A program made the position numbers and the translations under genes. 47,777 nt of DNA from Octopus bimaculoides (taxonomy: Eukaryota): positions 18,073,732 to 18,121,508 of the forward strand of contig NC_068993.1 in assembly GCF_001194135.2 (NCBI RefSeq). Direction: 5' to 3'. The stretch's first letter is position 1, and each line of letters begins with the position of its first letter. Shown piece after piece: positions 10,813 through 24,354 of this stretch. The notes below the pieces were generated by a model that was not told where the DNA came from, did no database searches, and saw only the letters and a list, made by a program, of their open reading frames with translations.

Positions 10813-11334
10813 GATCTAGGGTATCCTTTCATTTTTAATATGCTTGGGCCAAAATTAAAGGAGGTTTGACTAGTGTTTCTTGTAGGCTGACAGACCACAT
10901 AGAAGTTCTCTGTTTGGCTTGTCTCAAGAAATTTGGTTCTAGACTGCATAGTCAGGCAGATGTATTAGGAGAAATATATTCACATATCTATTCTGGAATA
11001 AATAAATAAATGAGTGGAAATTGAACCAGTGTGTGTGTTATATTAAGGCACAATGACTCACCTCAGACACAACAAAATTTGTTTCCAACACATAAATTCA
11101 CATAAGGAATTTTGCAAATCAGATACAAAAACAAAATAAAATATTCACATAAACCATTCGATACAACAGACATTGCAGTCAAAGTTATTTTCCATTACAT
11201 ATGTAAGATGATATATATACACACATAATTAGTAGGTGATTGTTATCAATAGAATGTACTTTGTTTCCTTCTTGAGAACAGACTAGTAATGTTGCTTGAT
11301 GTATGTTTGTGAACTGTGATACACAGTTATAACA

Positions 11335-14300
11335 TGGTGTCAGGAGCATAGACTGAATCTAGTTATTGATTTTTTTTGTGTTGGTGGTGCTTCACAGCTT
11401 CTACTTGTTCGCTAGTAACATGGCTGATAGGTGAGTTGCTAATGGACTTTATCTGAAATAACAAAGTAGCTTTGCTAACTAAAATTACTAAATGGTTGAA
11501 TATTAGTTGCTAGCTCCTAAACTTGCTCTGACGACTCATGTGTTTCCAGGAAGAATTTTCTAGTGGCTGTTGATAATGCATCAGCTGATATTGTTGAGAT
11601 TGAACTGGCACAAGACATTATTAGCAAACATAACAACTTCACATATGAAGAAGCCATAGTAAAAATATACGTGCAGATGTCATAGGAAACTTTGACAATT
11701 TCTCTGAACCTACAATAAGTCTCTTTAATGCTATAAACAGGGTCTTTGCTACCAAAAATAATGGTAGAAGATGTGATAAATATTTAATGTTTATTGAAGA
11801 TATGTATGAAATGATATCAAAGATGTAGTTTTAAATAACATTTCATTCCATTAATATTTCAACAAAAGGAAAACAACTCCAGAGCAAATATTATTGAATC
11901 ACAACAAATGAAGATATAGTGCTGTTAAAACAAATGAAAACCATTTCACAATGTAACATTAAGTACAATGATTTCAGTGCAGTTTGTAGGGGAAACTAGT
12001 ATGAATCAATATGATTATGATTGCGTGAAAACATCTCATAATGAGTGTATGTTGATTTGAATAATTTTTACTGATAGTCTATATGTAATATGAGGAGAGT
12101 TTCTCTGGTTGCAGTGTCAATGGATTGATCTGACTGAATGGTATGGACGGTATTTCAGCTATGTCTTGTGTCTCCTGCTATCAGATGAGAACTGGTATAA
12201 AAATATTTCCTTATCAGAAACATCATTGTCATAAATGTGCTTGGTTTTGTTTACATTTAAGTAGAAGAAAGTTGAAATTTTTTAAAGTAAAGGCTATTTG
12301 CCAACATAATGTGACTGTCCTGGAAGGGATGATGCTTCTGTTGTTTAGCCCCAGGAAACATCGTTCCTAGCTGGCTATACAACACAATATCTGTATCCTT
12401 ATATTTTTGAACAGGGAGTTCAGCACTCCCACCCAGCACGAAAACATCTGCGGACCAGTTTCTGGGTTATTGCACTTGGCTAGGTGGCATTGCTTTTACA
12501 CTGGGTGGGAGCACTGAACTCCCTGTTTGAAAATATAAGGACACAGATATTGTGTCGTATAGCCAGCTAGAAACGATGTTTCCTGGGAATAAACAACAGT
12601 AACGCCATTCCTTCCAGGACAGCCACATTATGTTGGCAAACAGTCTTTACATTAAAGAAATGTTACTGAATATCTCTCTTTGAGAGATTTAGAAATAATA
12701 ATATTTGAAGTTTTTTATTTAAAACTGAACATCTAGTACTGAATGAATAAGGATGCACCTGGAATATATAGAATGCTTATTTCCAAATGTTAGGTTCTGG
12801 TCAAGAGGGTTATTACACACTGGTACCAATGTTTGATGAGTTAAGGAAGTCCCTTGGTATATCTATGTTTGTGTAAACCATGTATTCATTCACAAATAAA
12901 TATATAATTGCAATGTGTTAACATGTTTGATGAAGTTTTCTTGTGATTGTTCGGGATTTTAGAGACTACTTTGTATTTTGTGTTAGCATAAATGTGGAAA
13001 AGGAGAGTACTTTTGTTGAAAATGAACACTTACAACATAAACAGTATCAAGTCATTCAAATGGACTAGAAAAGTTTGAAGTTGTATTTGAAAATCTTGTT
13101 GTTCTTGAAGATGAACATACAATCACATCAGGCCCAAAATTAACATCAGTTGTACATCCTTCCAGAAGGATTCCAGAGTCATCAAGACAAACAGTAGCAC
13201 AAGAACTAAAATTCATGGACTCAAATGTAGAGAGTTGAAGAACAAAGTTTCAGACTGAACAAGAATAGAATCAAATGGAATAAGAGCTTTCATGAATAAG
13301 GCTGGCCTGATAAACTATATTAACTACCAGACACTATCAGGTGTTCCTAGAACTACAAGAATAAATTAACACATGTCCAGGTATACTATTCAAAGGACAT
13401 GTAGTTGTTGTTCTACAAGTGATGAGCTGGCAAATATTTAACTATCAAATAAGTCACATTGAGTTGCCCATTGTGTTGAAAGAGAGCAAGATAACTACTG
13501 TATAGGTATGGGATGTCAGTAGATATCTTTGAACTGGTTGACGAATGTGATGATTCTATGCAGCACCAGGAAATCAGTAAACAGAAATATTCAAATCAAT
13601 AGCCATGCAGGAGCTGTTATTGTCAATTGTTGGAGGAAACTTGTGGCAGAAAATGGACTGTCTTTTAGAAGCCAGTTGTTCAAAGAACTCCTCAACAATT
13701 AGTAGTTTGAGCACAGAAATTCCAGTCAAAAATATCCACAATCTAAAGACATCTTAGAGAAAAGTCTTGGAATTTTAAAATCAATACTAGTGAAGACAGA
13801 TGTGCCATATCTTGTCCATTGAGACAACAGGGATAAACCTATCAGAACATAAGCTTTTTTCCAGTGGTTAGGTTATTTGGTTGAAGGAGCAGAATCTTAC
13901 TACCTATTGCTAATCACTAGTTGAAATGTGATAAACACAAATGCTCCTAACTTAATGACTGAAATAGCAAGGATAACAAACCAGCAAAATATCTGTCACT
14001 AGTAAAAAGACAGGAAATAGTGCAAATGACAGTTGCAGATTACCTCTTCATCCCATCATCTGCTCCTCGTACAGTCTTGTAATCCTTCTACCCACCCACT
14101 GTCTATCTCTTCACAGCTCCTACTGATTATTCTCTCCTTCTCCTACTAAATGTTAGGGAATAACCATGCAGCTCTTCTACAAGAACCTGCACTGTTCCCT
14201 GCCACCTTCTCTCATACTTATGGGTTCATAAGTCTTATGAGCTGAATGTCAACCTCAATAGTCTTGATGGCATGGAAAAAGCACTCAGTACAATTCCTCA

Positions 14301-14540
14301 TCTTGGTGACACAGCATCACAAACAAATTAACCAATAAGTACCAATTCACCAGGTACAGAGGCAGTTAGATGCTTAGGAAAGACTGGTGAGCCAATAAAT
14401 GTTAATTCACCAGCCACTGAAGCAGTCACACACAATGGAAGAATTAGGAAAAAACTATCTTAACTAACAACAAACCGATGATGTTAAATTCTTCTCTAAA
14501 AGCTTGCTTGTTATATTGTATGCATTATTATGATGGAGAT
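11335..14540 (+). mobile_element. Ancient Ty3/gypsy LTR retrotransposon fossil (integrase recognisable)
   Basis: ACA|TGGTGTCAGGAG PBS-like junction at 11335. At about 13520-13900 the translation reads VDIFEL...VAENGLSFRSQLFKELL..FEHRNSSQKYPQSKDILEKSLGILKSILVKTDVPYLVH, resembling gypsy integrase (TDLFEL..SDNGPQF.S.EF..F....H.TSSP.YPQSNG.AER). Heavily decayed, boundaries approximate. Confidence 0.55.
12281..12656. repeat. Foldback element A: ~156-bp imperfect inverted arms (~88% identical by manual comparison), 64-nt spacer
   Basis: Arm 12281-12436 is the reverse complement of 12501-12656; most mismatches are transitions. Confidence 0.9.
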
Positions 14541-16812
14541 GTTATGTAAATGTAACACAGGCACTAGTTATCCCATCCCTATACGATATGTTATAGAATG
14601 TCTTTTGAAAGTAGAAGGAAAATTAAAAGGGATGTAACAAGAATTATTTTCACTTACATATCATCATTTAACATTCATCTTCTATGCTGGCATAGGTTGG
14701 ACAGTTTGACAAGAACTGGCAAACTAGAGGACTACACCAAGCTCCACTGTCTGTTTTTGGCATGGTTTTTACAGTGGGATACCATTCCTAATGCCACCCA
14801 CTTTACAGAGTGGATTAGGTGCTTTTTATGTGGCACCAGAACTGGCTAGGTCTGTTTGGCATAGCTTTTTATGGCTGGATGACCCTCTTCATGCCAATAA
14901 CTTTACAGAGTGGATTACATGATTTTCACATGGCAACACACAAAAGTGTGTGTGTGTATGCAATAGGCAATTAGATTTGTTCTGAGTCATAAGAATCATG
15001 CGGCTAGAGTTTAACCCAGTTCCTATGGCATATAAATGACTGGGATTACAACACTCACTCCTCAATGGGATACCAGACCGTTGCAGGGTCAACTTTCCAG
15101 TAATTGCTGAAACTCATTAAATAGCAATGTGAAATGACATGTGCTGCTCAAGAACAAAATGCACCATATTGGTCCGGGAATTGAAGCCACAATCTTATGA
15201 TTGCAAGTGCAACACCCTAACCAATAAGCCATGCTCCTTCAAGCAGTAGGCAATGATTATCAATAAGATGTACTTTCCATTTCTATTTTGAGAATGGACT
15301 AACGTGCTGCTTAATTTAGGTTTGTGAACTTCAATACACAATTATAACAATCATTACATAGTTATTCAGCACAAGATCTCAATATTGGTTTCAAATTTTG
15401 GCAGAAGGCCAGTTAGTTTGTAAGGAGTGGTTAAGTCAATTACATTGACCCCAGTGCTCAACTGGTACTTATTTTATAAACCCCCAACAGAATGAAAGGC
15501 GTAGTCAACTTTGGTGGAATTTGAACTCAGGACATAAGGATAGATGAGACACCATTAAGCATGTTGCCTGACATGCTAATGGTTCTGCCAGCTCGATGCC
15601 TTACACTGTAAGATAATATTAACAATATTTACACTCTGTTGATTTCTTTTTAATAGCAAACACATATTAATTCTGTGTAGAAAAGAACAATGATTATGTC
15701 ATCAATCTTCTTAATTATCAGTCTAGTAATTATCACACACACAAGTATTGTTCGTACGTATGTACACTGATAATGCACATTCACATATTTGAACAGTATC
15801 CAAAAACAGAAAAAAAAAAATCATTATACTAACTGATAAGGCTTTACTCATTAATACACATGCTTCCACCCCTTCCCGTTTCAGTGGACTGTGCCCTTTT
15901 TCTAACTATCACAACTATAGCAAACTCTACTCTATGGATTCTACTGATTGTATACAAATTCTATGCAGCAGCTGTTGAGTTCTCAAGTTAGTTTGCACTG
16001 AACACATAGACACAATCAAAAACATTCCAACTGTGACCATCTCATCTAATTTTTCTTATTTTCCAAGCAGTATGTCAGGGGCTGCATTGTCTGTTTCCTC
16101 CTCCTCCCCTTTTAAACACGACAGAAATTTGGTTGCTATTTTTAACAGATAGGGTTATCATGCAGACATTCTCTCATTATCAACTTCATATTGATGTTGT
16201 TTTGCTTAGCATCCAGTCAGCTCTGATTGAGCAGATGCAATGGCTCAGATGCAACCATCCTCTCTCTTTTTTTGTCAATTTGAGACTACAATTTCCAATA
16301 TGTCTTTCATCATTATCATTTAACTTCTGCTCTTCATGCTGGATGTTAAAGGATAATGATGATGATATATATATACATAAACTAAGTAGTCATAATTATG
16401 TTGATGAGGTTTAACAAATAACACTGAAACATGTCCAGAGTTGTCTCTGAACTGCTAAAGATCTGACTCACTTGTCACTGCTTTCCATATTCAATTAATT
16501 TCAATTAACTGAAATTTCCTGGTTATCTCTTCCTACTTTTTTGTTTGTGACTACTCGAAAAGAATTAGTAATTTAGATAATGATTTCTCCCATGATTCAA
16601 GCTGTTACTTTTACCTCATTAATATCTCTTGGTTTACAATAACAAGAATGTTAGCGCTCACTTTACCATGAATTTGTGTATAATCTTGCCATCAAAGCTT
16701 CTAATGAATGACTGAAAAACCAATCCTATTCCAAATCCTAAGGAAAAAGAAAACAAGAGAGAAAGAGAAGGGGAGAGAGAACGGGTGCATTTCTCTAGTT
16801 TTTCTAGTATTG

Positions 16813-16864
<52 letters not shown>

Positions 16865-16887
16865 GATAGACAGATAGATAGATAGAC

Positions 16888-16926
<39 letters not shown>
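16813..16926. repeat. (GATA)n microsatellite
   Basis: Direct reading of the sequence. Confidence 0.95.
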
Positions 16927-16927
<1 letters not shown>

Positions 16928-17397
16928 CTCTCCCTGGATATGACAGTAGTTTATTGCAGTTAAGTTAGCAACACAAGGTAATGAAACACTCATTTGTAGT
17001 TTATTGATGCTTTTAATCATGAGCTCTATTAACTGCAATAAATGCTTAGAATTAGGTCAAGCTAACAAGACAGCTTCTACCTAGAAATAACAGCTAAATC
17101 TCCCTCAAATCACATTCTTCTGTTCTAAATAAGAACATTTTATGTATATAGTCTAAGATACCATACAAAGTCTCTGATGGTCTGACAAAAATGTTTGAGT
17201 CTAACACTGCTGAATCCATGATGACCTGTGGCTAAACAATAAATTACAATCAAGAGGAGGTAACAAGGTAGCCTCTGTTTAGATCAGTGGTTCTCAACTT
17301 GGGTTCACATGACATTTTAGGGTCCAGACAAAATTTTGTTGTTAAAATTTATCGGCAATAAATTGGTTATATTTCTACAATATATATATTTTGTAGG

Positions 17398-17567
17398 TGT
17401 AGGAGTGACTGTGTGGTAAGTAGTTTGCTTACGAACCACATGGTTCCGGGTTCAGTCCCACTGCATGGCACCTTGGGCAAGTGTCTTCTACTATAGCCTC
17501 GGACCGACCAAAGCCTTGTGAGTGGATTTGGTAGATGGAAACTGAAAGAAGCCTGTCGTATATATAT
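17398..17567 (+). mobile_element. Family A SINE, 5' part (runs into N-gap)
   Basis: Matches 840-1000. A similar gap-truncated copy lies at 18845-19004. Confidence 0.8.
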
Positions 17568-19932
17568 NNNNNNNNNNNNNNNNNNNNNNNNNNNNNNNNN
17601 NNNNNNNNNNNNNNNNNNNNNNNNNNNNNNNNNNNNNNNNNNNNNNNNNNNNNNNNNNNNNNNNNNNNNNNNNNNNNNNNNNNNNNNNNNNNNNNNNNNN
17701 NNNNNNNNNNNNNNNNNNNNNNNNNNNNNNNNNNNNNNNNNNNNNNNNNNNNNNNNNNNNNNNNNNNNNNNNNNNNNNNNNNNNNNNNNNNNNNNNNNNN
17801 NNNNNNNNNNNNNNNNNNNNNNNNNNNNNNNNNNNNNNNNNNNNNNNNNNNNNNNNNNNNNNNNNNNNNNNNNNNNNNNNNNNNNNNNNNNNNNNNNNNN
17901 NNNNNNNNNNNNNNNNNNNNNNNNNNNNNNNNNNNNNNNNNNNNNNNNNNNNNNNNNNNNNNNNNNNNNNNNNNNNNNNNNNNNNNNNNNNNNNNNNNNN
18001 NNNNNNNNNNNNNNNNNNNNNNNNNNNNNNNNNNNNNNNNNNNNNNNNNNNNNNNNNNNNNNNNNNNNNNNNNNNNNNNNNNNNNNNNNNNNNNNNNNNN
18101 NNNNNNNNNNNNNNNNNNNNNNNNNNNNNNNNNNNNNNNNNNNNNNNNNNNNNNNNNNNNNNNNNNNNNNNNNNNNNNNNNNNNNNNNNNNNNNNNNNNN
18201 NNNNNCATTGACTGTCTATAGAGGTCCAGCAGAGTAAAATAGGAACCAAAAGGGTCCATTAGTAAAACATGGTTGAGAAACACTGGTCTAGATGGTTGCT
18301 TGACATGCTAGATATATCAGCCAAATTCCCCTCAAATTATAGCCAACTATTTTTAAAAAGAAGTATAACATATGTAGTCTAAGATATTCTATGCTAGAAA
18401 ATAAAATGAGAAAACCATGGCTGGAATGCTTTGAACATATGTCTCCTATAACAAAAGCTAACCTGGGGCTTATCAGTAACATCATCATCATTTGACATTC
18501 ATTATCCATGCATGGATCAGATAGTTTGACAGGATCCAGTGAACTGCAGGATTGTGTCAAACTCCAGTGTGAGTTTTGGCATGGTTTCTACAGCTGGATG
18601 CCCTTCCTAACTAATGCCAACCACTTTACAGTATGTACAGGATGTTTTTTTCATGACACCAGTGCTAGTAAGGTCATCAAGTACCTTGCAGGACAAGAGA
18701 AAAAACCCTCGACTGAATGGGAATGTATAAAAGAGAGGGAGAGGTGGCTTTATGCCAGGTGTTGAGAAGTCTATGATAGAGGGACAAGCACAGGAGTCTT
18801 GCTTTGGAGAAGATACATGGCTATCTTGCATAGGCTTTCAGGCGTAAGAGTGGCTGTGTGGTAAGTAGCTTGCTTACCAACCACATGGTTCCGGGTTGAG
18901 TCCCACTGCGTGGCACCTTGGGCAAGTGTCTTCTACTATAGCCTCGGGCCGACCAAAGCCTTGTGAGTGGATTTGGTAGACGGAAACTGAAAGAAGCCCA
19001 CCGTNNNNNNNNNNNNNNNNNNNNNNNNNNNNNNNNNNNNNNNNNNNNNNNNNNNNNNNNNNNNNNNNNNNNNNNNNNNNNNNNNNNNNNNNNNNNNNNN
19101 NNNNNNNNNNNNNNNNNNNNNNNNNNNNNNNNNNNNNNNNNNNNNNNNNNNNNNNNNNNNNNNNNNNNNNNNNNNNNNNNNNNNNNNNNNNNNNNNNNNN
19201 NNNNNNNNNNNNNNNNNNNNNNNNNNNNNNNNNNNNNNNNNNNNNNNNNNNNNNNNNNNNNNNNNNNNNNNNNNNNNNNNNNNNNNNNNNNNNNNNNNNN
19301 NNNNNNNNNNNNNNNNNNNNNNNNNNNNNNNNNNNNNNNNNNNNNNNNNNNNNNNNNNNNNNNNNNNNNNNNNNNNNNNNNNNNNNNNNNNNNNNNNNNN
19401 NNNNNNNNNNNNNNNNNNNNNNNNNNNNNNNNNNNNNNNNNNNNNNNNNNNNNNNNNNNNNNNNNNNNNNNNNNNNNNNNNNNNNNNNNNNNNNNNNNNN
19501 NNNNNNNNNNNNNNNNNNNNNNNNNNNNNNNNNNNNNNNNNNNNNNNNNNNNNNNNNNNNNNNNNNNNNNNNNNNNNNNNNNNNNNNNNNNNNNNNNNNN
19601 NNNNNNNNNNNNNNNNNNNNNNNNNNNNNNNNNNNNNNNNNNNNNNNNNNNNNNNNNNNNNNNNNNNNNNNNNNNNNNNNNNNNNNNNNNNNNNNNNNNN
19701 NNNNNNNNNNNNNNNNNNNNNNNNNNNNNNNNNNNNNNNNNNNNNNNNNNNNNNNNNNNNNNNNNNNNNNNNNNNNNNNNNNNNNNNNNNNNNNNNNNNN
19801 NNNNNNNNNNNNNNNNNNNNNNNNNNNNNNNNNNNNNNNNNNNNNNNNNNNNNNNNNNNNNNNNNNNNNNNNNNNNNNNNNNNNNNNNNNNNNNNNNNNN
19901 NNNNNNNNNNNNNNNNNNNNNNNNNNNNNNNN

Positions 19933-20244
19933 GCGTTGTGAGTGTTTATTGAGCGAAAACACCTAAAGCTCCACGAGGCTCCGGCAGGGGATGGTGGCGA
20001 ACCCTGCTGTACTCTTTCACCACAACTTTCTCTCACTCTTACTTCCTGTTTCTGTTGTGCCTGTAATTCAAAGGGTCAGCCTTGTCACACTGTGTCACGC
20101 TGAATATCCCCGAGAACTACGTTAAGGGTACATGTGTCTGTGGAGTGCTCAGCCACTTGCACGTTAATTTCACGAGCAGGCTGTTCCGTTGATTGGATCA
20201 AATGGAACCCTCGACGTTGTAAGCGACGAAGTGCCAACAACAAA
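19933..20244 (+). mobile_element. Family C SINE (tRNA-Arg-like head family), head lost in gap
   Basis: Near-identical to 29062-29372 and ends (CAA)n. Another gap-truncated copy lies at 22885-23152. Confidence 0.85.
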
Positions 20245-20493
20245 GATATACTAGGTCTCTAAAAATATGGGGGATATATGGGATAGTCATGATTAAAACG
20301 TCTTTGATCATAGTTCTACTTGACCAGAGCTGACTTGGGGCTAAACAACAAGAAAGGGTCAGGCAGAGGTGGACTTAGTTGATATCTTACCTGTGGAGAC
20401 AATGTCCTGCTAGTGGCAGAATATGGAACACCATAACCATACATTTGGATGCTTTATGGGCACCCTCTCAATCTGACCATCTAGGTTCTCATT

Positions 20494-20714
20494 TACAAGG
20501 GGGTGTTGAAAAGTTCCTGGCTTTAAGGGTATCATGAAGGGCCTGGTTGAAAACCCAACCTTCTGAGTTATTTTACAGGGCTTAGAAAACCTGAAGGACT
20601 GCTGCATTAAATGTGTGAATCTGAGAGGGGGATATGTTGAATAAAATCTTAATTAACTGATTCTCTTATATTTTCGTTTACCCAAAGCCAGGAACTTTTC
20701 AGCACCCCCTCATG
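20494..20714. mobile_element. Mariner/Tc1-type MITE
   Basis: TIRs GGGGTGTTGAAAAGTTCCTGGCTT and AAGCCAGGAACTTTTCAGCACCCC, with TA at the left end. Confidence 0.7.
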
Positions 20715-20968
20715 TGATTATATTGGACAATAAACCAATACAGAATAAGAGTCAGCAACAGATGGAGGTGGGTGGGTCACAACCTACAAGTGGGACACAG
20801 ACGTTTTCTGTGAGCTTTGGGTCTTTGCTAAAATGATCCTTATTCACATATTTCTTTTCTTCTGTTGGAGGTTTCACTTATATGATATTGAAATTTTACA
20901 CTGGTGTAAACATAAAAAGAAAATACATTAAACAGGAAGAATATAAAAGATAAGATGTGTTAATTTAC

Positions 20969-21055
20969 CTGACTTGATCTGCAGTACACCAAGGCAACCA
21001 TAGCCATCAAATGCCTTAGTATAATTCTTCTTAACAGAGAGACTTTCTTCGGCAG
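20969..21055 (-). CDS. SYNJ1: Synaptojanin (SYNJ1-like) internal coding exon, 87 nt, start of Sac1 domain
   Basis: Minus-strand translation (S)AEESLSVKKNYTKAFDGYGCLGVLQIKS(G) matches the synaptojanin segment [29 protein letters not shown]. It has a poly-T...TTTCTAG acceptor (CT at 21056-21057 on +) and a CAG|GTAAAT donor (AC at 20967-20968). It is phase 1 at both ends and splices in frame to the 8408 exon. Confidence 0.93.
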
Positions 21056-21613
21056 CTAGAAACAGAAAAAAAAAAAAAAAAATTATATAATCATCATTTT
21101 ACCATTCATTTTTTTTTATCAAGCTTGTAAGGTAAATATGGTGCCACATAAAAAGTACCCAGAACATTCTGTAAAGCGGTTGGTGTTAAGAAGGGCATCC
21201 AGTTGTAGAACTATGCCAAAACAGACAATGGTGCTTGGTATGGCCCCTGGCCTTGCCAATTCCTGTCAAACCATCCAGCCCATGCCAGCATGAAAAATGG
21301 ATGATGATGATTAAATATGTGTGTGTGTGTGTGTGTGTNNNNNNNNNNNNNNNNNNNNNNNNNNNNNNNNNNNNNNNNNNNNNNNNNNNNNNNNNNNNNN
21401 NNNNNNNNNNNNNNNNNNNNNNNNNNNNNNNNNNNNNNNNNNNNNNNNNNNNNNNNNNNNNNNNNNNNNNNNNNNNNNNNNNNNNNNNNNNNNNNNNNNN
21501 NNNNNNNNNNNNNNNNNNNNNNNNNNNNNNNNNNNNNNNNNNNNNNNNNNNNNNNNNNNNNNNNNNNNNNNNNNNNNNNNNNNNNNNNNNNNNNNNNNNN
21601 NNNNNNNNNNNNN

Positions 21614-21648
<35 letters not shown>

Positions 21649-23917
21649 CATCATTTTAGCATCCACTTTTCCATGTCTGTTTGGGTCAGATGGAATTCTG
21701 TGGAGTCAGATTTTCTATAGCTGGATGCTCTTTCTATCACCAACCCTCACCTGGTTCCAAGTAAGGAAATAATTCCCCATAACTAGACATGTTTTCAGAA
21801 GGTTAGGAACAAAGGACACTGATTGTATGACAGTAACATTTGTTTCCACCTATCACACAATGTCAAGGTAAGGAGATAGGAACACCCACACCCACACATA
21901 TACATACGCACACTCATATGCATATGTGCACACACACACACACACAACAGGCTTCTTTTAGTCTTCATCTCCCAAATGCACTCACAAGGCTTTGGTCGAC
22001 CCAGGGCTACAGAAGAAGACATTTACCCAAGATGCCACACTGAAGGATTGAACCCAGCTCCATGAGGTTGAGGAGCAAACTTCTTACCACATAGCTATAC
22101 CTGCATCATGGTCGATGCCAGCTCTTCTGGTTCCTGTGCCGGTGGCACGTAAAAAGCATCCACTACACTCTCAGAGTGGTTGGCGTTAGGAAGGGCATCC
22201 CACTGTAGAAACACTGCCACATCAGATTGGGGCTTGGTGCAGCCTCCTAGCTTCCCAGACCCCAGTCGAACCGTCCAACCCTTGCCAGCATGAAAAACAG
22301 ACGTTAAACGATGATGATGATGATGATGATATATATATATANNNNNNNNNNNNNNNNNNNNNNNNNNNNNNNNNNNNNNNNNNNNNNNNNNNNNNNNNNN
22401 NNNNNNNNNNNNNNNNNNNNNNNNNNNNNNNNNNNNNNNNNNNNNNNNNNNNNNNNNNNNNNNNNNNNNNNNNNNNNNNNNNNNNNNNNNNNNNNNNNNN
22501 NNNNNNNNNNNNNNNNNNNNNNNNNNNNNNNNNNNNNNNNNNNNNNNNNNNNNNNNNNNNNNNNNNNNNNNNNNNNNNNNNNNNNNNNNNNNNNNNNNNN
22601 NNNNNNNNNNNNNNNNNNNNNNNNNNNNNNNNNNNNNNNNNNNNNNNNNNNNNNNNNNNNNNNNNNNNNNNNNNNNNNNNNNNNNNNNNNNNNNNNNNNN
22701 NNNNNNNNNNNNNNNNNNNNNNNNNNNNNNNNNNNNNNNNNNNNNNNNNNNNNNNNNNNNNNNNNNNNNNNNNNNNNNNNNNNNNNNNNNNNNNNNNNNN
22801 NNNNNNNNNNNNNNNNNNNNNNNNNNNNNNNNNNNNNNNNNNNNNNNNNNNNNNNNNNNNNNNNNNNNNNNNNNNNNNNNNNNNGGCAGAGGAAGGTGGC
22901 GAACCCTGCCGTACTCTTTCACCACAACTTTCTCTCACTCTTATTTCCTGTTTCTGTTGTACCTGTAATTCAAAGGGCCAGCCTTGTCACACACTGTGTC
23001 ACGCTGAATATCCCCAAGAACTACGTTAAGGGTACACGTGTCTGTGGAGTGCTCAGCCACTCGCACACTAATTTCACGAGCAGGCTGTTCCGTTGATCGG
23101 ATCAACTGGAGCCCTCGACGTCGTAAGCGACGGAGTGCCAACAACAACAACAACTTGGTACTGATCTCAAGACGAAGAGCACTTTTATTTCACTTTTGGA
23201 AGCTATCTTCTATGCCCTAATCTCTCCATCAATATTTGCTAAGATTTGAGATTAAATATCTTATATGTGAAGACAAATTCTGTTGACTCTCTCCAGCAAG
23301 AATGGCTTCACAACAATGCTCAGTAAACAGATTCTTCTGCAGTTACTGCAATTGCTTCAACTCTCCTTGTTCTTATACAAAATGACATTTTTGCAATATC
23401 TCATCTCCTGTAGCATTACTTTCTTTTTTTCTAGAGTTGGTATAGTAGTTTGTGTAGGTGGTGCAACAGAATGTCCTAATTAGCTTGGCAGAAGTGGAAG
23501 ATATATATTTGCTTAGCTTAAGTTTATTAGTGATAAAAAAACAAGCCACTTATTGACAAGATAAAGTGATTAAACATCTTGATATCATTCTATCCAAGAT
23601 TACTTCTGATTCTATGATAAAAAAAAAAAAAAACTGCCTATTTTAAAGTGCATCTGTGTGTATGTGTGTGTGCATGCATGCCTGTGTGTGGACATGTATG
23701 TGTGCTTCATGTGTGTGTGTGTGCTTGCATGTGTGTGAGTGCACTTGTATATATGCATGAGTGCATGTACTTGTATGTGATCATATGTATGTGTGTGTGC
23801 TTACATGTGTTAATGTGTGTGCATGCACGTGCTTGCATTTTTGTATGTGTGTGTGCTTGCATTTGTGTGTGTGTATACTTTTATGAAAGAACCTACTGTC
23901 AGTTTACACTCCATAAA

Positions 23918-23985
23918 TAAACTTAATGAATAAGATACTTTGTTTTATTAAACTTAATGAATAAGATACTTTGTTTTATTAAACT
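23918..23985. repeat. Tandem duplication of a 31-bp unit
   Basis: TAAACTTAATGAATAAGATACTTTGTTTTAT occurs twice in tandem. Confidence 0.85.
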
Positions 23986-24354
23986 CATTTAAATTCTTGA
24001 TTATTTTCAAAAATTTATAGTTAGAGTAATTCATTAGATAGTACTCCTGCATGGCCACAGTCCTTAGGCTGAAGCTATTAAAAGGATAAAAGTACAAGAA
24101 TACAGAGTTAATGTAGTGATATTACTTCTTCAATGAAAACGTCTCTTGATATTCATCTGATTCATTTAATGTCACTTCTGGGACACTTTGACCTGAACAA
24201 TGTTTTCTAAAATGTGCAAGTGGCTGATCTATAATGCCACTTCTTTACAAGGAAATTGAAAATGTCACCAACAAGTATCTGGGTCTGTGATTATTATTAT
24301 AGAAGAGATATTTTCAAGTTCTTTGTAAGATGGTTACTTCTACATGAACATTTA

